NCBI RefSeq assembly: GCF_002113885.1
Contig: NW_018403543.1
Span: 1,168,145 to 1,232,144, forward strand
Direction: 5' to 3'
Source: Mizuhopecten yessoensis
Taxonomy: Eukaryota
DNA: 64,000 nucleotides
How positions within the stretch are numbered: position 1 is the stretch's first letter; the number at the start of each line of letters is the position of its first letter. Shown in pieces: positions 50,801 to 64,000 of this stretch. The notes beneath the pieces were generated by a model. It ran no database searches, was not told the DNA's origin, and worked only from the letters and a program-made list of their open reading frames with translations. The position numbers were made by a program, and so were the translations under genes.

Positions 50801-53800
50801 ATCTTGTATGTATATTTATATATATATTTGAATCGAGATATGGAATTTAAAGGTACTGTTCCACCACTTTTCTGCTGGTATACAAAAGTTTCTTTCCTGT
50901 TTATCTAAATACTAACAAAAAGAGATTAAAGGTTGCAGACCGTTTTAAGAAGTTAAAACATTTTGAAATTATCCCGAAAAGTGTTATAAATTATTATGTT
51001 GTTCCTTTTTTTTCACAGTTTAAAAACACAACAGGGCCTGTTGGTAGATTTTGGAGCTTTCCCTCAGAAATTTATTGATCTTTTGGATATGTGTTTACGG
51101 GAGGAACACAAGGAAATGCCCAAGTATGTATTCATGCTGTACATGTAATATGATGATATCAGATTTTGAAAATTTTAAGTAACACTGAAATCACAACAAA
51201 GTTGTGTTAATTATATATAATCAGTCTTTAAACATGCATGACCACACATCATTTTCTTTAAGAAAGTTGAAGGCTTGCAAGAAAACAAATATGTTAACAC
51301 AATTTAGATTTGATATGGCTTACCAATGAAAACACAGAATATATATATGTAGATATAATATATGTAGATATCATGAATCAAACTTGAAAATTCGGAGAAA
51401 GAAAAACTATCAGTATGTACATGTATATGCGACGTTAAATAAAGCTTCTTGAATCTTGAATCTTGAATGTAACAATTGAATTAACTTTGATCCATTTCAG
51501 ATTTGTGCTCCATTTCGTGTCTCAGAGTTCTGTGAGTGGTGACAGAACTATGTCTGTGCTGAACGTGATAGAGACTAATCCATTCAAACACCTCACCCAC
51601 CTCAGTCTCAAGTTCTTCCCAGGCACTGATTCTGATGTAAAGAAGTACCTAGCAGATTGCCTGAAGCAGCTAAGAGTAATTAATTACACGATAACTTTGT
51701 GCTTTGACTCAGGAATTGTTTTTGCCTAGTTTTACAGCCGAATACAGGCTGCTTCCCCTGGTTAAAAAGTGTTGATTTTCCCAATATGAAGGGAAAGTGA
51801 GGAATATCTTCCCAATTTCAATAAAAAAAATATTTCTATATTTTCCCAATTCATATTGGAACAGGCTGTTGTAAAATTAATTCATTCACCCTTGAAGACA
51901 CATTTAAACCATTCCAGTTCAAATGTTGGAATGCTTCATTATGAAATTTCAGGGGTGAATGAGTTAAGGATTGTGTATTGTGACCAGGGGTACAGATTGT
52001 AGCTTCAGTCCAACAATTGGATAAGAGGTTAGTCACTGTTACATAAAGTGATACATAGTTCAATAAATTAATTTTGATTACAGAGATATCTAGTAAAGCT
52101 ATAGGTCTTGATTCAGTTTATTTAGCCTGTTTTGAATCGATTTCCCAGGCCAAACACCAAAGCTATGCAATTCTTATAAGTCTGTGATATTTTACCTGGG
52201 GAAAAAATAAAGACATTTTTTTACTTTGATATGAAAATATCAGTATATATATTACACTGATGTTTTGTTTTTTTCCTTAATAGGACACCAATGCGTTGCT
52301 ACAGCAGAGATTAGAGCACACAGATGCTGACCTCAACCACAAGTTACATCAGACACAGGAGGTTGGTACCTTCCTGTTATAGCACAGTTAGTACTCAAAC
52401 ACATGTATTAATATTAATATAAATGCGCTTTAAATATGTTGTGTAGAAAATATCGTTAAACTGGGTGTTTAGTCTATTACCTGATACAACTAGTGACATC
52501 ATCTGACATCATGTGGTAAATCCCAGTTATTCATTTCCAAAGGAAAGTCTGTGTTTAGTAAAATTAGAAAAAGTTGTAGTTTATAAACTTTTGATCAAAA
52601 ACAAATTCCATTCACACAGTTATAGTAATACAATCCATCATCCAAACTCCACTTTTCATTGACACCCTTTATTTTACTACAGACGCTGTCATCTAAGTCT
52701 ATAGAGCTGGACCATTTGAAGGCGGAGTGGACAGCTAGAATGACTGACCTTTCGGCCAGACACAAACATGAGATGGCTACAGAAAAGGAGAAAACTCTGC
52801 AGGTATCGTTTTCTATGTCATACTTTGATAGAATGAATCTGATGATAAAAGTCTGTTCACGACTGCCAACATTACATTTAAACTCTATTTCTCAAGGAAT
52901 AGTATTTCAGTGTTAATAGCCAGGTTGTCAGATTACAGAGTTTTGGTTTACATTGAAATGTGTAGATCGTGATCCGGTTGAAGGTCTGGGTATATCTGAT
53001 ATTACAATATTTATATATTATTGATATCTGGTTTATTGTGTAACAAATATTGTGTTGGACTAAGGACCAATTTTTATTTTTTTTTAAATGGCATTGCAAG
53101 AATGCAAACTGTGCAATATTTTTTTTCTTCATTTGTACTGAATTTAAATGAAACAAACAGATTATCCAGACCAGGTTTGGAGAGGTATGGATTATATTGG
53201 AATTAATTGGAAAAAGGGTTAATATGCATGTTGATCCTGATGTAATCACCCAGCTATTCATATTGATGGGTTGTATATAAACATTCAAACAAACACAAGT
53301 TTTGTAATAAAGGCTAAATTTGTTTTGAACACAAGCAGGAATTGAAAACTTCTTTTGCGACCTTTCGAAAGTGTCTGTTTCCTTTTAACAGATGGAGCGA
53401 TACGATTTACATAAGTATTAGTCAAAGACACGATGACAAATCGAAAATATCTGTTTCCTTTGTCAAGCAAAGAGTGTAAATGCCTTTATCAATCATACCA
53501 AACTGATGAATCTTATTCGTATAAGAGTTTTGTAAGATACTTTAGTGTCATGTTTAAGATCATTTGCAATTCTTTCCCATAGCCTTAATATTTGTAATAT
53601 TTAAATGTTCATTTATTGAAAAGAAAATTTGAACTTGAAATTAAAATCAGACATCCTGAAACTTATGAAGAAAAGGAAACACAATATGATTGAAGATTAC
53701 TCATTACAGGTCTTGTTTTTTTCAGATGCAAAGCAACTTTCAGCAGAAACAAGACCGTGATCGCAAGGATATGGAACAGGCTCATATGAAAATAGTTAAA

Positions 53801-56800
53801 CAAATGGAATCCAAGTTATATGAGTTTGAAGGTTCCAATAAGGTAACAGCTGTTTCAGAATGAGTTATAGGGATGGGAAGAACTCTTCAGAGGCCCAACT
53901 GCTCATCACATATTGAAACTAATTTTAATATAAAGAATGGTAGACAGATCCGGGGTAAACCCCATCACTCACATAGCAGTGTACAGAAAAGACATAACGG
54001 TGTACAGAAAAAATAAGTCATTTCTTATTATTATTCAAAAGTCCTAGCAGTATAAAGAAAGATACAGCTGTTTTTCATTACTACTCCAAAGTAATATGAA
54101 GAATATACTGTACAGAAAAGACTGTCATTTCTCATTATTATTCAAAAGCCATAGGAATATGTACTGAAAAAATACCAGGTATGGATATTTGTGTGTGGGT
54201 TGTCGAGTTAGGGAGGGGGGCAGGAATGGTTTATTTAATAGTATATTGGTTTACAATGAACATATGTAGTTTGACATGGAAAAAGAAAATGTAGGTAATA
54301 TTGGATTCCAAACAAATCTCCAACCTTGCAATGTGTTGATTTTGAAATAGCCCTAGACATATAGACTTCTATAATACTCACTGTTATCTCAGAAGTTTAT
54401 TCATGGTCTAAGTGTCTTTGGTATATAAATGGAACTTTACCAACATTTAACATCAAAATTGTTTTTTTGATCTGTCAGAAGTCTTTGGTAAAATATCCCT
54501 CTTCCTTTTAAGCACACATATTTAGTTTATAATATGTCTTATAATTAGGCATTAACTGAGTTTTCTACCTCCCTTTCCCAGCGGTCTGTGCCTTGTGTCT
54601 TTGGGATAATATCACCCGCAAAAAGCATGATTTTGTGAAAGTAATGTGATTTTTGCATTGATTTTGGCAGACATTATATAGGGGAAGGGGCCTTTATAAG
54701 CCCTGAATTCACCCTAAGAAAATCTATGAGTATAGTCAATGTATATTTACGACAATCTGTTTTCTATATTTTCTTGTAGGATTTATTAGACCGTAAGTAC
54801 AAGTCAGAGTCAAGTATTCGGGAAATGAAGTCCAAGTTGTCGGCTTTGGAGGAGGAGCATTTACGAGCCAAACAAGAGTTGCAGAGTCTGAGGAAACAGA
54901 ACACAACCCTTGATGGAGACTACCACGAACAGGAGAAACTCGTCAATCAACTTAGTACCCGTGTGGCCGTCCTCGAACAGGAAGTCAAGGACAAAGAGCA
55001 GGTCATTACAAGATCAACTGATCTCTTGGGGTCTGAACAAGACCAAAAGGTAAGTGCTGAAACTTGATTTTTTAGGCTTCTATCTGTTTTTGTCTGTAGA
55101 CTAACTAGACTGAAGAACACTTTATACAGTTATATATAAAATATCATTTAAAGTGTTGGATCATAATGACATTTTCACTTCATATTGTCTTCTGTACCCT
55201 CTTTTCAGAGAAAATTTGAGGACGAGGTGGACTACAAATCTAAAGATATCCACAAACTGGAACACAAAGTACGAGCCATGGCAGAGGAACTGATGAAAGG
55301 CAATGAGATCATCAAGAAACTACAAGGAGAGATTAAAAATTATCATGCAAAGGTAAAATCAATGTTGTGGAAGTTGATTATTTCCAGGATTGACCACCTG
55401 GTCCACACTAAGACCAATTATAGACCAAATTTCATCTTTGTTCCAATATTTCTGTGTTGTTTTAATATCATAGCTGTCAACCCTCCCTCATTTGGAGGTT
55501 TCACCAAAGTTTACCAATCTCACTCATTCAAGTGTAAACTGACACAAACTCAGAATCTACATCCTGTTGTCAAATGATCTCCTCGTTACAGCAGGGTTTG
55601 TGTGATGATCATAACAGGTGTGTCTGAATCAAATGAATGCTTTTTGGAGTTATTTTGATAAAAAGGGAAATATGATAAAAAGAGAAAGATAAATTAAGCA
55701 AAGCAGTTTTAGTCGCATTTCACACACTTTCTCGAGCTCCCTCATTCCCTCATTGTAGGTTTCAGAGGTTGACACCTATGGTTTAAAGGACCATGTGGGA
55801 TTAATGATATAAACTTGTCTTTTTGTGAAAGATCAAGTTGAAATGTTACCTAGTATATGGTCATGTTTTGTCTTGAATTTGGAGTTATTTTTGGTTTCAA
55901 CACAGCAGGTAGGATAATTCCAGCATCAATGTGGGTTTTTTTGAAAAAGAGGGAGGGGGGCATCTTTTAGATCAGGGGTGTTACTATGAGAAAATACAAT
56001 ATATGAATGTAATATAGAGAGTATAAATTTCACAAGAAGATCATCGCTATTCTTGACATTACAAACGTTTGCTGACTATGTTGTAGATTAAACTGAGAAA
56101 TCAGATAGCTACAGAACAAGAAAAATTACTAGGGGAGAAGGACCAGGAGTTGGAACGCCTCCGACAGGATCTCGCCTCAACAAAGGCCAATCTCAAACAA
56201 ACAACAGAAGAGGTAAATTTAGTTTATTGGTACCTCATTGAAGCAGGTTTCTTGTTCCCAGATCCTCATTTTAAAAGGAAGNTACCGCTCGCGGTAACCT
56301 TGTTACTCCATGTATATATATATTTCGGCCATTAAAATCATGTGATCAAATTTTACCTTTTAAATTAAACATTCAAATTTTGCACAACACATTTAGCTTT
56401 TCCTATTCTGCATTTGGCATAATGTACCAGCCTTTTATATGAATGGAGCAATTTTTTTTCTTGCACATTCTTTACATAATAAAATTTTTAATTGGTATTT
56501 GATATAATTTGAAATACTTTAAGATTTTCAATTTGAATAAAATTTGCAAAAGAAAAAGTAATTTACAGTAATAACAAGGTTTGGGACAATGATTGTTGTA
56601 TATGATATTAAATCATCTTAATTATTCAAGTGTTATTCTTTGATTATTTTCAGAATGTTAAATTGAATGAGAATCTCAAAGGAACAATGGAAAAGTTAGA
56701 AGAAAGCCGCCAGTTACTGAAAACAAATGAAAACGGTTTGTAGTTCTATATTTAAGCTTTATTATTTTGTGTATTACATAACAGGTTGTTCCTGTTTTCC

Positions 56801-59800
56801 TGTTTTCTGAATCTTAATTGGGTAACTTTCCAAGTAATAATTGGACGACACTCATACTTGTCTCCCTTTGATACTGCTGGAGGGGGTTATAGGGTTTGCA
56901 CGCTCTGTCAGTCGTGACTTTGAATGTGGTGATAACTATATTGGTCTTTATAAATCTTTCTGGTAATACTACGTACAGATAATAACGATTATATTTTATA
57001 TCATCCTCGATGTCCAGGGGTTACGCTCACTTTCGCTCTCTACACCCCTGGAATATGTCATAGCAAAATTGAATGCTCGGTGTGAGCCACCTTGTTGATG
57101 AGACAGGAAGACTAGTTTGATTCTTTGATGTACATCAAAAGAATATCGCCGGTCAGGTAACAGGAAAAATTGACAGCCTTTGAAGTCGTGAATATCTTTG
57201 TAATCTTCAAAGGACAGATATTAGCCTAGCGATTGGTCAGGCTTTTTTGACCGAGACCAATCAAACAGCTATCTTCGTGCCTTCAGTTTTGCTATGACAT
57301 ATTCCAGGGGTGTAGAGAGCGAAAGTGAGCGTAACCCCTGGATATCAAGGATGATTTTATATATATTTATTCATATTTCATACTGAAGTGTACTCTATCT
57401 AAAAATATGAATCTAGGTAATACTACATACAGATAATAACAATTGTATGTTATATATATATTTATTCATATTTCATACTGAAGTGTACTCTATCTAAAAA
57501 TGGATAACATTTTATTAAAAACAAATTGGTGTATGACGTAAATGAAGTAAATGTTCGTTTTGATTTTTTCAAAATGTCTAAAAAAAATGTTTAAATTTGT
57601 TGGTTCCAGTGATACAGTGGTTGAATAAACAGATCAATGAGACCCAGGTAAACCATCAGAGGGTGGGTATGTTTGAGATGCCAGGTGCTACCACCAACTT
57701 CAGGCCTTCCTCAGCCATGGTAGGTGATTCCTCATAGACATTATATATTTTAGTAGTTACCCAACCCTAACATCAATGCTTATTGCAGCTGCCGTATGTA
57801 AAGCAACGATGTGCTATTATATTTTCATTGGCAATTATGAAGTCTGGTATCAAATTGAACTTTTGAAAGTTGCAATAAATAATAATAAATAATAATTGTC
57901 CCGAGAGAAATATAGGGTATGATGTCTGCTGTATTAATGTATAATATAAGTAAAGTGCTTTCATTAAGAAAAATATTCTGATGTTATTTTAATAGATGAA
58001 TGCCTAAAATATGATATAGTAATCATATGTTGTTTGTTTTGTTTTGGCAGCATAATTATAGTACCTCTAGCTACGGGTCCCAAGGGTCCCATCCTGAGAG
58101 TCACAGTATGGGTGTGGCCATGCCAAGGTCCTACCCAAACCCACACAGGCATCAACAGGTACACAATATATACTCTAACAATATGTATGATATATGTTTG
58201 CCCCAACATTCAGTTACAGGCAAAACCGATTCAAAATGAGCTTCCTGTTAAGAAATATTGCATACAAAATAGTGACTTGTTGGGGTTCTTGTAGGTCTGT
58301 TTTCCTTTATCAGACATAAACGTTTAACTTTTCAACTTCATCTGAAATACTTGTACAGAAGAAATTTTAATGATTTATAATGGAAATGTTACTGACATCG
58401 CCCTGAGGAAGTGTTCATACTTTATGGGGTGATCAGATATCCAGTATGTATGGCTGCCACAGCCTCCAGTTTGTATGGCTGCCACAGCCTCCAGTTTGTA
58501 TGGCTGCCACAGTCTCCAGTTTGTATGGCTGCCACAGCCTCCAGTTTGAAAAGCTGTGTAAAGCTTGACCTCATATTCTAATGGGCTGATTAAACTGATA
58601 TTTCTCATTAATCATGATTGGTAATGAATGTGTAGATTGCGAAGATTTTTTCTTGATCCAAGCTCGTAGGTGGCCACATGTGCACTGTGACCTCTAATTG
58701 ACTACAAATTACATATAAGGCTCATATAGGAATGATACATAACATTTATGTTTTTATCAAATAACTAACTTTTGAAGTTTCAGTTTTCATACTTTTCAAG
58801 TTTGCTGCTATGGCTTCTGATTTTCCGAAATATTTGATACAAGAATATCAGTTCAAATGTTGCTTGCTTTAGCCAACCTGCATATCTGTACATTTGCAGA
58901 AGTAGGTCAGTTGACTGTTTAACTTGTTTGAAAGTGAACTCATTACCTCAACAACTTAAGGGAACATAACAAGTGTTTTCTGAAATCATTCGGTTTGGAT
59001 CGCTTCATATTACCCTGCTACATGTAGTAACAATTTCTTTTTAACGATGAATAGATTTTGCTTGTTTTTATACGCTCGTCAAATTTTGACGGGAGTATTA
59101 TGGTATGGGGTTGTCCGTCCGTCTGGCGTAAACTTTTGTTTGTCCGGCAATCTCCTACATTTTTCGACCGATCTCTTTGAAACTTGGTATACATTATAAT
59201 CATGATATGAAGTTGTGTCTCCCTTAAAAGAATTTTGATTCGACAATATTTCCAAAAGTTATTGCCCTTTGTTTATTTCAGTAACAATACCACTATATGG
59301 CATTCCACGGGCGTATATTGTTCCGCCCTACAGTACTCTTGTTTATACTCTTGTTTATGTAAATATGAAGTTGGAAATTCATATTCTGAAATGTTTTTTG
59401 ATAGTATGAACATAGTTGCAAATAATGTTTTCTGCAAGAGGTGCTCCTGTGTGTCACAGCCATATGTTGTAAGCAACAGGATTTATGCTTTTCAATCCTT
59501 AAACGTAATCCTGAAGAAGTCATACCAACTCACTGCTGTTTTACAGATACAATATAACCCTGGAAACCCCAGGAAAAGTGGACTGCCCCAACCCTTACCA
59601 GGCAAAGGGAAGATGGCACCTGTTCCCATCCCCGAGGAGATCAGACCGCACCACTCTCCGGGGTCGGGAGGCTCAGGGGGAGATAAGGAAAAGTAGGTAG
59701 CAAACAAAAAAAAAGAAAAACAGATAGATACATATAATTGACTGCTTTCAAAATTGTTAAATAAGATCAACTTCAAACATAAACTTTTGTACGGTCTATA

Positions 59801-60172
59801 TTTCTTACTATTCATTGAATAGGTAATGTTTGATGTAGTTAATGATACAGAAAGCATGACCTGCTCTGTTCAGTGTCATAATAAATGCCAGGATAGCTTT
59901 TGTTTGGTGTTGTCAGTGTAATACACAATTTGTTTATTTTTGAGTTATTTTCTTTTTATAGTGATCCTCCTTTAGACCCTAAATTCCTACAGAAGCGTGA
60001 TGACGCTATTCCGTTACGGGGCCTCGTCCACCATTCTGGATCTCCACCTCCAATACAGTCCAGTGTTGTACCTCCTGCAAATTCAATCCGACTCAGCCAG
60101 CATGGCATCGTGCCCAGGACTTCGCAACCACCGTTAGCGTCAGCTTACTTTCCCGGCCAGAAGATGTCCTGA
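44881..60172 (+). CDS. SASS6: Spindle assembly abnormal protein 6 (centriole cartwheel protein), 16 coding exons, 665 aa
   Basis: Exons 44881-44945, 45856-45916, 50550-50629, 51019-51123, 51501-51675, 52284-52361, 52683-52802, 53726-53842, 54780-55049, 55209-55352, 56087-56212, 56654-56735, 57610-57719, 58051-58158, 59547-59692 and 59962-60172 are all GT-AG and phase-consistent. Head/PISA motifs DLFFLY...[17 protein letters not shown] and [13 protein letters not shown], a long coiled coil with ELMKGNEII and [13 protein letters not shown], and C-terminal SAYFPG. Confidence 0.95.
45164..45305. mobile_element. ~140-bp near-perfect palindrome (foldback MITE) in SAS-6 intron 1
   Basis: GGGTTCTGGAATATATGTGATATAATCGCACCCACTAGATATCGCACCCC is followed by its reverse complement after a short loop. 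Confidence 0.85.
46080..50305. repeat. 4.2-kb array of a 23-bp minisatellite in SAS-6 intron 2
   Basis: Unit GAGGCTGTAATATACTTACTGTT, roughly 180 variant copies. Confidence 0.98.
57002..57353. mobile_element. MITE with ~70-bp TIRs and perfect 9-bp TSD (Mutator-like) in SAS-6 intron 12
   Basis: CATCCTCGATGTCCAGGGGTTACGCTCAC...GTGAGCGTAACCCCTGGATATCAAGGATG, with ATTTTATAT on both sides. Confidence 0.92.
58448..58547. repeat. 25-bp tandem repeat, 4 copies
   Basis: GTATGGCTGCCACAGCCTCCAGTTT. Confidence 0.95.
59064..59345 (-). mobile_element. Helentron-associated non-autonomous element (HINE-like)
   Basis: TTTTTATACGCTCGTCAAATTTTGACGGG hairpin, GTCC microsatellite, GAAACTTGG core, subterminal GGGCGTATA and CTCTTGTTT end. 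Confidence 0.7.
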
Positions 60173-61501
60173 CACATTTTGTTTCGGTAGCAACACATGT
60201 CCATTTAAAATATAGAAAAATTTGAAATATGCACAAATCACTTGTTTTAGCATCATTCTTTCATACATGACAATATTGAAATAATTGTCAAATATTCTTG
60301 ATCTTGACTATTTCAATAAAATTGTTAACATGATGGATATTTATATCTGGCATGTGTACTTTCAATTCTGATAACAAAAAATACTCAGTGCATATTTTTA
60401 ACCTCAGCACAAATCTGAATCTTTGTACATTTTGTATTTTTAAAATTCTGTGAAAGCCTATACTTCACAATATTAAAGTGCAAATGTGTGAAAGATAACA
60501 CAAACTTTGTGTCAGATAAAGCAACTCTAATTGTTAATGAGTTGCGTATCACATGCAAGTGAATTACCCTATAGTGCTGGTTGTACTAGATGTCCTAAAT
60601 ATTTGATTGCAAAGTGACAGTAACTGTATTGAGGATCCCTGTCCCATTGCAGACAAAACATTACAAACTTCAACTTCAGTTATTTGCACATACAGTAGTC
60701 TCCTCTTAATTTCGCTTTGGATGAAATTATGGGCGAGTTTGATCACAAACTATAGTGACTGTGGTCTAACTAGAGTACGATCACTCTCACTTTATTAACA
60801 AGAAGTTACGGTGCCCATTCCTGGCCACTATAGTACAACCTACAGTTTTCCTTAAGTCGGACCAGAGCAACTAGTGGTCGTCTGCACAGGCGTGATTATT
60901 TGAAAGCAAGGCAGTGATTGGTTGTTGCTTACCAGCATGTGTAAGTACATTAGGTGTAATAGCCAAACTATGGTAAATGGTTGATGACTGAACTTGCCCT
61001 TTAGCTTGACTGGGCCAGGGTATGTGTAGCACTGTTGACCAGCTGCTAGCTCTGGCAGTTAGTTAGACCACAATATAATGATTGGAGTTTAATTCTGGTC
61101 TAAAGATAGCGCAGTTGGTTATAGACTAAGAATATAATGATTGGAATTGGATTCTGGTCTAAAAACCCCATTGCATTTAAACACTCACAACTCTTGTTGA
61201 AATCTCTAATACTTTTTCATAAAAATCATTAAAAAAAAAAAAATCTTTTCAGAAATGATTTATCAAAATTTTAGTTGTGTCAAAGAAAAACTTTCCCTGG
61301 CATAGTTACAGTTTTTGGCAGTGGTACAGGGATCCTTAAGTGATGGTCAGATCTCGGTTACTGATCATTGGTAGCAATAACAAGTTACAAACAGCACGAT
61401 CCATACACAGCTGTTGATGGCCACAGTCCTACCTCAGTCTTTTCTGATGTGGTTCAGTTTGAAAATTTGACAAAGTGAACAAATTAATTGATGGATGGAT
61501 G

Positions 61502-61603
61502 CATCGTCGGATATCCACGGCTAGTTTCGCTCCGCTACTCGCTCGTCAGTGATGAGTGAGTACTCGGTAGCGGAGCGAATTTAGCCGTGGGTATCTGACG
61601 ACG
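61502..61603. mobile_element. ~100-bp palindromic element
   Basis: CATCGTCGGATATCCACGGCTAG..TTCGCTCCGCTAC pairs with GTAGCGGAGCGAA..TAGCCGTGGGTATCTGACGACG. Confidence 0.7.
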
Positions 61604-61773
61604 GGATGAATGGTGTTTACTTGAATTTCATTTCATTAAAAATATATAGTGCTGAATTATCGTTACAATATATAGCAGGGAGAGGTTAAAATTAAATTGT
61701 GTTAAATGGATTGGGTTTAAAATCACAAGAAAATGCCTTTCTGCCTCCCAATATGTGCCTACCTGGAAAATCC

Positions 61774-62126
61774 CATCTTCAATACTCCAAAGGTTACGTT
61801 CACTTTCGCCCTCTACACCCCTGGAATATGTCCTAGCAAAATTGAAGGCTCAGTGTGCACCACCTTGTGGATGAGACCAGAAAACTAGTTTTGATCCTTT
61901 GATGTGCATCAAAAGAATCTCGCGCTCCTGTAACAGTAAAATTTACTGGCTTTGATGTCGGGTGTCGCTCCTTTATAATTTTCAAAGGACATGTATTAAC
62001 CTTAAATTGGTCAGGTTTTTTCACCAAGACCAATCAAATAGCTAGCTACCTGCCTTCAATTTTGCTATGACATATTCCAGGAGTGCAGGGAGCGAAAGTT
62101 AGCATAACTCCGGAGTATCTAGGATG
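61774..62126. mobile_element. Third, more diverged copy of the Mutator-like MITE
   Basis: Colinear with 57002-57353. TIRs are eroded and the TSD is only partly recognisable. Confidence 0.85.
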
Positions 62127-64000
62127 GGAGAAACTCTGTTGAGATGATACGCTATACATTGGAATTGATAACTGGAATTATTAAAGTGACCTTATACGAT
62201 AAAACTACTGTGAATGATCCCATGTTGGATATCATTTTGTTTAGGTACAGTGAAATCTTCTCCAAAGAATTCATTGTTTATGTCTGATATTTGTTCTCAA
62301 AAAAAGAGATAATGATTTAGTGAGAAGATTCCTATATTTCCAATCTGGCTGGTTTTAACCCCAGTGAATCTATATAAAGTTAATGACAAATGTTACCCAG
62401 ATAATTAACTATGTGATGTTAAAAGTCTTTGTCTACAGATAAAACACTGTAGCAACCATCATCCTATTGTGATGTCTATCGTCTTGATCAGTTGATTTTA
62501 ATGTTAATAAATGAATTATTCAGAATTTTCATTGCTGTATTGCATATCTAGTAGAAAGGTCTGTGTCTGCTGTCGTTAACTTCACTTAATTTTTTGAAGC
62601 TGAAAGTGTAGTTACTGAAATCTGATAAATCCCTTTTTATTTACATCTTGGTGTCTGTATTGAAGGTTAACTTCCTGTAGAGGTGCATTGTATTTTCTTT
62701 CTGAAATACTATGTCATTATTTAATTAATCTTAACACTGCAGTCTTCATTAATGTTGGTCTCTGAGTATTGGGATAACCCATTTAGTAGGAACACAATAC
62801 ATAGCCTTGTAGGACAGTATTGAGATTTGTCCAAAAGGTTCCCTAACGAAAAATCACATATTACTTATCAGACGGTTTAAAAAAGTATGTAAATAAAAAG
62901 AAAGTCTGACATAGGTTACTGACAGCCAAATAATATATTGAACTTTTAAATATAAAAAGATTTCGGAAAGCTAACTATATTGGAATGTAAAAAAATATCA
63001 TTATGTAAATAACTAACACTAAAGAAAAAAATGAAATAGAAACAAATCGTCTTTAATACTGCATTTGACAGGTTTTCTGCTCACTTTCTAAATTTCTTTA
63101 TGGGGCTTCACTGTATCCCAAAATAAAAAATGGTTGAAACATATTCTAAAATTTGTCTTTTGCACTTTGATAATTTAATGCAATATTATATATTTTTGCA
63201 CTCATCTGAGTTATAAATCGGAATCCAAACAGAAACTTGAGATAAAATTTGCGTATATAGGTGTATAATAAATGAAAAAAGTAACCTTAATAATTAGTGT
63301 ATTTTATTTACATGACTTGTTTGAATTGAACAAAATGTAAATGTAAAGCATTAGAGGTACTGATGCTTTTACATAGAGGGGAGATAAGTCTGTCATCCTT
63401 ATGTAGGGGAACACATTTTACTGTCGCACGTTAATTTCTATGACTGGTTATGGCCTTTTTGTAAGCGTTTTGTGTAAAAATCGGTAATATGATTGATATA
63501 ACTACAACACATAACATGGGATCTGTTTACAGTGGTCGTTGTGCACAATATATAAACAGCTCACAAACAAAAGCTAGTGCTCTAACTGGTAATCATAAGG
63601 CACTTTATAGATTTATTTCCATAAATTGGACAGGTACAAATACATTGTGCATTGTGTATGTAAATCTGTATCATCAAATTCGAAAATGTCCCATCATGTG
63701 TGAAAAAGGGGTAAGAGACCACTGAGGGTAGAATGATGTCTTGGTATTGTCATGTATGTGGATGGAGATGACAGATTTCAGAACTAGTTGCACTGAAACA
63801 ATATTGAGACGTGACACATGTTAAACTTGCAATAACTATGTTAAACATTTTGTAAATAATCATATAATATAAATGCATGTTTGTATCATTATGTACTATT
63901 CATTAAATGACTGAAATATTCAGCTGGTGTTATGTTTTGAGTAGTAGCTTGCGGATATATTAAGTTAACGTTACGTTTTAATCAGTAGCCTAAGGAAATA

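Noticed and set aside
52270-52810. U12-like signals in SAS-6 (TCCTTAATAG at an acceptor; GTATCG donor)
   Set aside because: They belong to different introns, the branch-like motif abuts the AG, and the partner sites are ordinary U2-type.
53503-53530. CTGATGA plus hairpin as a hammerhead ribozyme
   Set aside because: No GAAA after the stem and no stems I or III.

Overview
AT-rich, intron-rich animal DNA, most likely a bivalve mollusc judging from its repeat families; it is not prokaryotic and contains three N-gaps. By splicing by hand I reconstruct five protein-coding genes. Two are paralogous 4-exon secreted proteins with a stand-alone EMI-like cysteine domain (minus strand, 995-5003 and 15815-18855). 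One is an SMAP-type ArfGAP gene with an internally duplicated domain and a U12-type intron (plus, 21540-27671). One is a divergent mitochondrial ClpP (minus, 37074-42565), head-to-head with a 16-exon SAS-6 (plus, 44881-60172). The rest is minisatellites, SINEs, LINE fragments, MITEs, Helentron-like elements, a Crypton derivative and a Ginger/Gypsy-like integrase remnant. The most unusual structure is an array of about 22 variant copies of the 3' end of exon 2 plus its splice donor, in intron 2 of the first EMI-like gene. Nearly all copies keep the reading frame, so the array could act as variant micro-exon cassettes or gene-conversion donors. All calls come from reading the sequence; no database searches were run.
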